Notes: generated from the letters alone by a model not told the origin. 12,668 nucleotides of DNA from Candidatus Aenigmatarchaeota archaeon (GCA_043801595.1 JAZDLW010000008.1:1-12668); one strand, 5' to 3'; counted from the stretch's first letter, positions 1-5,983 are shown. Translations and numbers: made by a program.

Positions 1-421
1 AATAAATATCGTTTGCTATATAGCTGCCGTTCTTCTTGAACCACACAGAAAAGGTCAGCTCGTTGGTCGGGTTTAAACTTGCGCTGCTTGCAACAGCAAC
101 GTAGTCGTTGGTGCCGTCAAACAGCAGCGCGTTCCCAAACCTTCCCTGCGTCAATCCGGATGTCGCGTTTCCGGTTAAATTCATATTCGTCAGCGTACCC
201 ATGTTTCCGTATCCCGAAGAATCGTTTGTCGCTGCCGAGCCGTTCGACTGTTCGAAACGCCAATAGCCTACCAAACCAGATGTGTTCATTGTGAACGTGC
301 CGTTCGAAACGATTAGGACAGGCGGGACGGCTGAAGCATGGGAAGATAATAATACCAGGAAAACCAGACTGAACACCCAAAGGCTTGTCATGCGGGTTGT
401 TGCGTTTATGGAAAGCGTCAT
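1..421 (-). CDS. Secreted/surface LamG-like jellyroll (ConA-like lectin) domain protein; N-terminal part only, runs off the window
   Basis: Not in the ORF track; translated by hand. ATG at 421 overlaps the TGA of the upstream HTH gene (ATGA). Open to position 1: MTLSINATTRMTSLWVFSLVFLVLLSSHASA-VPPVLIVSNGTFTMNTSGLVGYWRFEQSNGSAATNDSSGYGNMGTL...GRFGNALLFDGTNDYVAVASSASLNPTNELTFSVWFK. Signal peptide ends in A-S-A; GLVGYWxF, DSSGxGNxG and ALxFDGxNDYV are typical LamG motifs. Confidence 0.9.
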   Translation of the reverse strand, partial: MTLSINATTRMTSLWVFSLVFLVLLSSHASAVPPVLIVSNGTFTMNTSGLVGYWRFEQSNGSAATNDSSGYGNMGTLTNMNLTGNATSGLTQGRFGNALLFDGTNDYVAVASSASLNPTNELTFSVWFKKNGSYIANDIY

Positions 422-621
422 TGTTTCGCCCTCTGGTTCAGGAAGAACATCTTTGCCTTGCCTATTGACCGATAGCTGACTGTCTTCGCAGCCTCCATAA
501 CCGCGAGATACTTGGAAACAGTCGTGCGATGCATCTTCGTCTTTTCAGCGAGTTCTTCAATCGTGAACGATCCTTCGGCCAAAGCTTCGAGTAAGGAATA
601 CTGAGCTAGCTTGGTTTCCAT
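418..621 (-). CDS. Small winged helix-turn-helix transcriptional regulator (67 aa)
   Basis: METKLAQYSLLEALAEGSFTIEELAEKTKMHRTTVSKYLAVMEAAKTVSYRSIGKAKMFF shows an HTH pattern (TIEELA...HRTTVSKYL) plus a beta-wing (IGKAKMF). ATG at 621 is preferred over the TTG at 627. Confidence 0.85.
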   Translation of the reverse strand: METKLAQYSLLEALAEGSFTIEELAEKTKMHRTTVSKYLAVMEAAKTVSYRSIGKAKMFFLNQRAKQ

Positions 622-663
622 AGCCAATTACCAACGTTTTTAGGGTTTTTTTAAAGGTCATAT

Positions 664-705
664 AACGTTCAATGGAGTTGAACGTTGATGATGAGCATCA
701 ATGTT
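664..705. promoter_or_regulatory. Overlapping inverted repeats upstream of the wHTH gene; candidate operator
   Basis: AACGTTCAA-N5-TTGAACGTT (664-686, perfect) overlaps AACGTTGATG-N5-CATCAATGTT (681-705, 9/10). TATA-like elements lie at 648-655 (TTTAAAAA on -) and 733-740 (TATATAAA). Confidence 0.5.
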
Positions 706-1045
706 AGTTATCAATAGTATCTAATGATGTCGTATATAAAGTTTGGAAAGAGAGCAACGCGTTTCTTTTTGCGAAAAAGAAACGGACTGGGCTTCGTTTA
801 CGGAATTAGTAGGCAAATCGTTGCGATTGGAACATTTAGATGGTCAAAGGAACGTTATCACGATTTTGCGGGAAATTTTTGCTAAAAATCCAAGGATTTT
901 TAATTATTTCAAAGTGATAAAATTTTAAAATTGAGCAAATCCGGGTTTGTTTTGCAGTGGTTTTACGAATTTTTTCTCAAAGGAAAGAACTTCTTCGTAA
1001 TTTCCGTGAAATTTTATTCATTTAGGAGTGATGAAAAATGTTAAA

Positions 1046-2041
1046 TCAGCACGTCACAGACGTCTCAGCAGCGTTTGACGACGTCGCAATTCTGATAGTG
1101 TGCCTGCCTGCGATCGCCGGATAGAAAACAACTAATTTGGATCTGCTGGGCTGGATATCTAGGTCGCCTACTGCGCGGTTGTATATTTTAACGTCGTCTA
1201 TCAAGCCTTTGGCTTCTCTGTCAACGTTGTTGTCCTTGCCTATTTCTAAGTTTGAGCCTGGAAACAGCACAATAGAACCTGTTTTTGAAGGCATTGTGTT
1301 GTCACGTTTGCCGTCAAGGTAAAGCGTAACACCATCCGTTGCACTTTTCACAGCTGTAAGATGATGCCAGCCAGCTCCGCGGAGGTCTATAGAAAAGGTA
1401 GGACCTGCGGTTAGAGTTCCATCACCAAATAAGGCGCTCAACGCAGTACCGCTGCCCTGCCACACCCATCCTCTCGTTGAGTCGTGGCCATGACTAATCG
1501 GATCATAAAATGAGTTGATCTGAATTGCATCCAAATTTATCCACATCATAACTACGAAGTTGTTTACCATCTGCAAACTGGTCGGATTGCCGACGCTCAC
1601 ATAATCATTGTCACCGTCAAATTTCAATGCATTTTTCGACAATCCTGCAGTCTGAACAGGACAATCTGGGCATGACGGCATAAGATTGCCGTTGTTACCA
1701 TTGCCGGAGCTGTCTGCTGCCGTCGCACCAGAAGCTTCGTCGAATTTCCAATATCCAACTAAACCAGAACTCATGTCGCCGAAAAACGGCGTTCCCAAAA
1801 CACTGTTGCCGTCGACCTGCGCAACCAAAATATCCTGCGTCGTTATCGCAGTATCGCCGTTGTTCAGGATGTAAACCCTGATGTCGCCGTTCGAACAGTA
1901 CGCCCCGCCCGGCATTATTGTTATCGCTTTTTTCGTGGATGATGAAATGAAACCGCTGAACCAGACATAAGAGGCGCCGACCAAACCAACAGAAATTAAC
2001 AGCAGCATTATCAGCGAAATCACAGGCGTTATGGCTTTCAT
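1046..2041 (-). CDS. Archaeal type IV pilin-like protein (class III signal peptide) with an internal LamG domain
   Basis: N-terminus MKA/ITPVISLIMLLLISVGLVGASYVW fits a class III prepilin signal plus hydrophobic helix. Residues ~92-291 are LamG (GLVGYWKFDE, DSSGNGNNG, ALKFDGDNDYV, WHHLTAV, LYLDG, GLIDDVKIYNRA). Confidence 0.88.
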   Translation of the reverse strand: MKAITPVISLIMLLLISVGLVGASYVWFSGFISSSTKKAITIMPGGAYCSNGDIRVYILNNGDTAITTQDILVAQVDGNSVLGTPFFGDMSSGLVGYWKFDEASGATAADSSGNGNNGNLMPSCPDCPVQTAGLSKNALKFDGDNDYVSVGNPTSLQMVNNFVVMMWINLDAIQINSFYDPISHGHDSTRGWVWQGSGTALSALFGDGTLTAGPTFSIDLRGAGWHHLTAVKSATDGVTLYLDGKRDNTMPSKTGSIVLFPGSNLEIGKDNNVDREAKGLIDDVKIYNRAVGDLDIQPSRSKLVVFYPAIAGRHTIRIATSSNAAETSVTC

Positions 2042-2075
2042 AAATTAATATTGTAGTCGTTTGTTAAAAATCGCG

Positions 2076-2089
2076 AAAATAGAAAGAAA
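2076..2089 (-). terminator. U-rich tract downstream of the tRNA; likely archaeal terminator
   Basis: The minus strand reads TTTCTTTCTATTTT immediately after discriminator A73. Confidence 0.5.
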
Positions 2090-2125
2090 TAGCGGGGGCT
2101 GGATTTGAACCAGCGGCCTCCGGGT

Positions 2126-2269
2126 CTCCCCTTATCTTCCAAATCCTAAAATGAGTTTCACAGAGTGAAACCTATCTAAGTTTTTGGAGATACAAGTCCT
2201 TTTTTCTATGTAGGAAACTTTGGTTTCCTACACGCGAAAATCCTTTGATTTTCGCTGAAAAGGACTTGT
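2126..2269 (-). other. tRNA intron 2 (144 nt) at canonical position 37/38
   Basis: Lies between ...CUCAUA and ACCCGG... (junction ambiguous by up to 2 nt). The 3' bulge is AG|A, preceded by GGGG opposite C32-U33-C34-A35 (relaxed BHB). Highly base-paired. Confidence 0.88.
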
Positions 2270-2298
2270 TATGAGCCCGACGAGCACTCCAGGCTGCT

Positions 2299-2328
2299 TT
2301 AGGGAACTTGAAGAATGTCTTCAGGTTA
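2299..2328 (-). other. tRNA intron 1 (30 nt) at non-canonical position 10/11
   Basis: UAACCUGAAGACAUUCUUCAAGUUCCCUAA must be removed to restore the D-stem GAGC/GCUC. It contains the hairpin AACCUGAAGA-CAU-UCUUCAAGUU, and its CCCU pairs with exon G4-G7. Confidence 0.85.
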
Positions 2329-2389
2329 CTACCCCGCTATGGAGTTAAGCTGTCGTTTTGCTTTCCTTGAAATATTGTCTGTATCTATG

Positions 2390-2397
2390 AATTTAAA
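2390..2397 (-). promoter_or_regulatory. Candidate TATA box for the tRNA-iMet gene
   Basis: TTTAAATT on the - strand. Usual archaeal spacing puts the TSS near 2366, giving a leader of about 28 nt. Confidence 0.4.
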
Positions 2398-2454
2398 GGT
2401 TAAAAGTATGCCAGATTCATTTTATCTTAAGCAAATCAATTGGTTTTGGTTAAA

Positions 2455-3135
2455 ATGTTGACTTTGGGTATTGATGAAGCGGGCCGTGGAGCTGTACTAG
2501 GTTCCTTGGTAATCTGCGGCGCTGTTTTCGAAGAGAGCGATTTGCCGAGTTTGAAACTGATCAACGTTAAAGATTCCAAGTTGTTATCGCCTTTGCAGCG
2601 AAGGACATTGAAACCGCAGATCGAGAAGATCGCAAAGATGGTCATGATAGAGAAACTCGAAGCTCATGAAATAGACGAAAAGCGCGCGGCTGGGACGAAC
2701 TTAAACATGCTCGAGACCTTGAAGTTCGTAAGCATAATCAATGCAGTTTTCAAGAAGATGGATATAGGAAAGGTTGTAATCGACGTTCCGGATACAAACC
2801 TGAAAAAATACAACCGCATGCTTTCCGGCCTGATCAAGCGCGATGATCTTAAAATCGTCGGCGAACACCACGCAGACCTCAATCACGTGGAGTGTTCCGC
2901 AGCTTCGGTCATCGCAAAAGTGACGCGCGATGCGGAAATAGAGGAATTAAAAAAGGATTATGGCGATTTTGGCGCAGGCTATCCGTCAGATCCGAAATGT
3001 ATCAACTGGCTCAAGGAAAGGTTAAAGGCGGATGGATCGCTTCCGAAGATTGTCAGGCATTCATGGGAGACTGTGGCGAAATTGAACAAAAAGAAATCGC
3101 AGACAACTTTCAGTAAATTTACGGGTGTCAGGTAA
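2455..3135 (+). CDS. rnhB: Ribonuclease HII
   Basis: GIDEAGRG, VKDSKLL, HHAD, SAASVIAKVTRD and GAGYPSDP motifs. C-terminal PCNA-interacting PIP box QTTFSKF. ATG at 2455 (MLTLGIDE) is preferred over the TTG at 2440. Confidence 0.96.
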   Translation: MLTLGIDEAGRGAVLGSLVICGAVFEESDLPSLKLINVKDSKLLSPLQRRTLKPQIEKIAKMVMIEKLEAHEIDEKRAAGTNLNMLETLKFVSIINAVFKKMDIGKVVIDVPDTNLKKYNRMLSGLIKRDDLKIVGEHHADLNHVECSAASVIAKVTRDAEIEELKKDYGDFGAGYPSDPKCINWLKERLKADGSLPKIVRHSWETVAKLNKKKSQTTFSKFTGVR

Positions 3136-3986
3136 TGGTTAACATAGTCGGAAAAATCGCGGGATTTTTTGGCTTGATGCGTCTTTTCAACTGCATTATT
3201 GCAGCGGTCACGATTCCAGTCATAGTATTTGCTCTCACGGGTGTAACGGGAGTGGCAAGCGCAGATGTTTTTATCGGAACAATCGTCGTCTTCATGGTTT
3301 GCGGCGCCGGCAATGCGCTTAACGACTATTTCGATGTAAGGGCGGATAGGGTAAACAAGCCGAACCGCCCGATTCCGTCGCGCACCATAAGCAGGAACGA
3401 AGCACTGGTTTTCGCAGCGGTTTTATTCCTGTCTGCGGTTTTTCTCTCAACAATCGTTTCGAAATCAGGGTTCGCATTTGTCGTAATCTTATCCTCAGCA
3501 TTGTTGGTAATATACGATGCGTACTCCAAGAAAGCTGGAGTCGTAGGAAATGTCACTGTATCCTTTCTTGTGGCAATGGTCGTTGTATCGGGCGGCATAA
3601 TCGCCGGTTCGATAATGCTTTCATTGTACGTTGCGTTGCCTGTGTTCCTGATAAATCTTTCGCGCGAGCTTGTGAAGTCGGTCGAGGATATGAAAGGCGA
3701 TTCAAAACTTGCTAAAAACACGTTCCCGTTAAAGCACGGTATTGAAAAAACCTCAAGGTTCGCATCAGGATTCGCAGCAGCAGGTTCCATATTCCTGCTT
3801 AATCTTTACGCTCACTTCGGAATGATTTTTCTTGTTTTGCTCCTTCCCGCATTGTGGAAATTTTCAAGCGCCATGTTAATGCGTGATAAAGTGACGCTTG
3901 CAAAGGCTTCGAAAATTTCCAAAGACCTGAAAATGGGAAGCGTGCTGGTATTGGTTGCGTTAATTGTAGCAAGCCTGCTGAAATAA
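3135..3986 (+). CDS. UbiA-family prenyltransferase, probable digeranylgeranylglyceryl phosphate (DGGGP) synthase
   Basis: Multi-pass membrane protein with GNALNDYFDVRADRVNKPNRPIPS, YxxYSKK...GN and RELVKSVEDMKGD motifs. TAATG overlap with rnhB. A GGGPS gene is nearby. Confidence 0.88.
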   Translation: MVNIVGKIAGFFGLMRLFNCIIAAVTIPVIVFALTGVTGVASADVFIGTIVVFMVCGAGNALNDYFDVRADRVNKPNRPIPSRTISRNEALVFAAVLFLSAVFLSTIVSKSGFAFVVILSSALLVIYDAYSKKAGVVGNVTVSFLVAMVVVSGGIIAGSIMLSLYVALPVFLINLSRELVKSVEDMKGDSKLAKNTFPLKHGIEKTSRFASGFAAAGSIFLLNLYAHFGMIFLVLLLPALWKFSSAMLMRDKVTLAKASKISKDLKMGSVLVLVALIVASLLK

Positions 3987-3991
3987 AATTT

Positions 3992-4258
3992 CTATCTGCG
4001 GTATATGTTGTCATGATGGCCGAAATCCTCCAGAATAACTGTTTTATTTTGTTCATCGATAGAATATACGAGCACAAAATGTTTGTCTATGTGGACTCTC
4101 CTTAAGCCACTCATAATATTGCTGAGTGGCTTAAACCTGTACGGGTTTTCCAGAATTTCTTCCAATTTTCTGGAAATTATACCTAGCTGCTTTGGGTTCT
4201 TCTTCGCCAGCTTTTTGAACAGTTCGTCGATTTTAGGCCTGTTGCTGACAATATACAT
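3992..4258 (-). CDS. Type II TA toxin, RelE/ParE (YafQ-like) mRNA interferase
   Basis: 88 aa, basic; ILENPYRFKPL...LRRVHIDKHFVLVYSI...DFGHHDNIY matches the archaeal RelE/YafQ-like pattern. Confidence 0.85.
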   Translation of the reverse strand: MYIVSNRPKIDELFKKLAKKNPKQLGIISRKLEEILENPYRFKPLSNIMSGLRRVHIDKHFVLVYSIDEQNKTVILEDFGHHDNIYRR

Positions 4259-4259
4259 T

Positions 4260-4502
4260 TTATTCTAGCCCGTATCTTTTGCGAAAATCTTCAACGCTTC
4301 CTATCTTAACCGCTTTTTGTTTTTGGATCTTGCGCAGCTTTTTAATGTAATCCGGCCTTACGTCCTCGTCCATTACAAATTCCTCGAATTTATCGACGAC
4401 TTTTTCTATGGCTTGTGATTTATCCTTCAGGTCGTATTCCGCCTTTACCAGATTCAAAACCCTGTTTGTCCTTTCTTTTATGTCCACTATCGCTTTTACC
4501 AT
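4260..4502 (-). CDS. Antitoxin, DUF2683-like (ribbon-helix-helix type N-terminus)
   Basis: MVKAIVDIKERTNRVLNLVKAEYDLKDKSQAIE...VRPDYIKKL...SVEDFRKRYG. Ends 1 nt upstream of the toxin ATG. Confidence 0.8.
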   Translation of the reverse strand: MVKAIVDIKERTNRVLNLVKAEYDLKDKSQAIEKVVDKFEEFVMDEDVRPDYIKKLRKIQKQKAVKIGSVEDFRKRYGLE

Positions 4503-4543
4503 GTTAATATCACATTAATATGGTGTTAATACACATTATTAAA
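4502..4543. promoter_or_regulatory. Promoter/operator of TA module 1
   Basis: TTAATA at 4504, 4515 and 4526 (11-bp period); near-direct repeat TGTTAATA(T)CACATTA; TATA-like TTTAATAA on - at 4536-4543. Confidence 0.55.
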
Positions 4544-4613
4544 GTTAATGGCGGCTGTTTTTTTCATTGATGATCGGTTGCTGGTCTATTAAAAAATCAA
4601 GTCTTCGTTCCGG

Positions 4614-5378
4614 TTAGACCTTTTCCTTTCCGGCTTTTTTGACAGCGGCGACCATTGATTTCATTTTATTTTCGGCATCGCCAGCCTCCAATGCTGTTCC
4701 GACATGTATTCCGTCCGCGCCCGCTTTTATTACCGAGTATGCCTGTTCGGCAGTACGAACGCCGCCAGCATAGAAATAAGGGATTGTTAAAACGCTTTTC
4801 ACAGCGGCTATTAACTCTAACGGTGCGTGTTCCGGAGCTCCGGAACCGGAATCGGTGATGACGAGTCTCGAACCCATGTACTCTGCGGCAATCGCAGTTG
4901 CAGCCGCTAAATCCGGTCGTTTGCGCGGAACCAGGTTCGCATTGCTTATCCAACCTACAGTCATTCCGGGTTCGAGAATAATGTAGCCGGTTGGAATTGA
5001 TTCCAAACCCGCTTTCTTCGCCTCAACCCCGCCCATGATCTGGACTGTCGAATTCCAGTACGTATCCCTCGAATTTACCAGTGTCATGAAATAAACAGCG
5101 TCGGCGTATTTGCTGTACGTGAAAACGTTCCCCGGAAACAGGACTATCGGTATCGAAGAATTTTCTTTTAACGTCTTTACCAGTTCATCCAGCGACTGGC
5201 CTTGTGCGCCTATTGATCCGCCGACAAGAAGGATGTCAACGCCAGTTTCATCAGCAGCTTTTGCAATTTTGTCGGGCTTGTCGATTATTCCTTTTGCAGG
5301 ATCCAGCAAGCTCAGTAACAGGCCGCCTTCCTTTTCTATCTTGTCATTTATGTAATTTTCAACTTTGCCCGGCTTCAT
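4614..5378 (-). CDS. Geranylgeranylglyceryl phosphate (GGGP) synthase, PcrB/GGGPS family
   Basis: LLDP, LVGGS, LFPG, ADAVYFMTLVNSRD, TGYIILEPG, SGSGA, GGVR and GADGIHVGT follow the group II GGGPS TIM-barrel motif order. Confidence 0.92.
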   Translation of the reverse strand: MKPGKVENYINDKIEKEGGLLLSLLDPAKGIIDKPDKIAKAADETGVDILLVGGSIGAQGQSLDELVKTLKENSSIPIVLFPGNVFTYSKYADAVYFMTLVNSRDTYWNSTVQIMGGVEAKKAGLESIPTGYIILEPGMTVGWISNANLVPRKRPDLAAATAIAAEYMGSRLVITDSGSGAPEHAPLELIAAVKSVLTIPYFYAGGVRTAEQAYSVIKAGADGIHVGTALEAGDAENKMKSMVAAVKKAGKEKV

Positions 5379-5465
5379 GTCGTCACTTTCTTATTAGATG
5401 ATAATCCCTAAGTATTAAAAAGCACTGCTGGGAAATGCTCTTTGATAATTTTCTTTGAAAAGCTC

Positions 5466-5723
5466 TCAAATCATATTTTTATAAATATTCTTTCTGTGCC
5501 CTATCAGCGTAACTTGAATCTTTCCGGTGCTTTGATCTATATCCGCTATTACCCTGTAATCGCCTACCCTTAGTTTATAGTCTTTTCTCCCTTCAAGCCT
5601 CTCAAAGTAATGAAACGGGGTTGCCTTCGTGGATAATATTTTCTTAAATACCCTTTCCCTTACGACTTTCTCAAGACTGTTCAGAAAATCTATTGCAGTC
5701 GGGTCAAACACGACTTCGTACAT
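5466..5723 (-). CDS. relE: Type II TA toxin, RelE/ParE family
   Basis: MYEVVF...YKLRVGDYRVIADID...IGHRKNIY is a classic RelE signature. Confidence 0.9.
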   Translation of the reverse strand: MYEVVFDPTAIDFLNSLEKVVRERVFKKILSTKATPFHYFERLEGRKDYKLRVGDYRVIADIDQSTGKIQVTLIGHRKNIYKNMI

Positions 5724-5963
5724 CTAAAAGCCCAGTCTCTTTTTTGCTTCCGCTTCCGTCAAAAAGTTGCCTTTTTTCATCCTTTCCCTTGCCTTCTCAA
5801 TAGCATTTACAGTTTCCTCACTGAGTTCAGGCTGCTTTTTCACATTCTTGGCTATGAAAATAACCTTCTGTATCACTTCTTCGTAACTCTCGTTACCATA
5901 CTCCTTAAACCTGTCAAGTTCTTGTTTTGTACTTTTATGTATCTTTATTGTTGTAGCTTCCAT
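5724..5963 (-). CDS. Putative antitoxin (RHH-like N-terminus) of the second RelE
   Basis: MEATTIKIHKSTKQELDRFK...ESYEEVI...ELSEETVNAIEKARERMKKGNFLTEAEAKKRLG. The stop abuts the toxin ATG (TAGATG). Alternative start at 5969. Confidence 0.8.
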   Translation of the reverse strand: MEATTIKIHKSTKQELDRFKEYGNESYEEVIQKVIFIAKNVKKQPELSEETVNAIEKARERMKKGNFLTEAEAKKRLGF

Positions 5964-5983
5964 ATGCATCGCCTACTTCATAT

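Larger units (their letters stand above)
2090..2338 (-). tRNA. Initiator tRNA-Met(CAU) with two introns; exons 2329-2338, 2270-2298 and 2090-2125 (75 nt mature, CCA not encoded)
   Basis: Joined exons read AGCGGGG UA GAGC AGCCUGGAGU GCUC G UCGGG CUCAUAA CCCGG AGGCC GCUGG UUCAAAU CCAGC CCCCGCU A, a complete cloverleaf. Initiator hallmarks: A1-U72, A11-U24, three consecutive G-C pairs 29-31/39-41, CAU anticodon. Confidence 0.93.

Noticed and set aside
743..928. 61-aa ORF in the intergenic gap
   Set aside because: TTG start directly after the TATA-like box, no recognisable motif, and the sequence is dominated by palindromes; probably spurious.
630..1045. Replication origin, SRP RNA or RNase P RNA
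   Set aside because: No ORB/G-string motifs or adjacent cdc6, and none of the conserved SRP or RNase P sequence motifs.
1..2041. Diversity-generating retroelement acting on the two LamG genes
   Set aside because: No reverse transcriptase, and no near-identical repeat pair differing only at adenines; the similarity is ordinary paralogy.
2090..2125. tRNA 3' end as attachment site of an integrated element
   Set aside because: No duplicate of the tRNA 3' end and no integrase in the window; cannot be excluded beyond the left edge.
760..2255. GTTTC...GAAAC arms resembling CRISPR repeat ends
   Set aside because: No regularly spaced direct repeats with spacers and no cas genes; these are isolated hairpins.
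2126..2269. Box C/D guide RNA, nested BHB intron or ORF inside intron 2
   Set aside because: No RUGAUGA/CUGA boxes, the best internal bulge-helix-bulge has only a 2-bp core, and no credible ORF.
2192..2269. MITE call for the 12-bp inverted-repeat-bounded intron domain
   Set aside because: No clean target-site duplication and only one copy in the window; kept only as a hypothesis.
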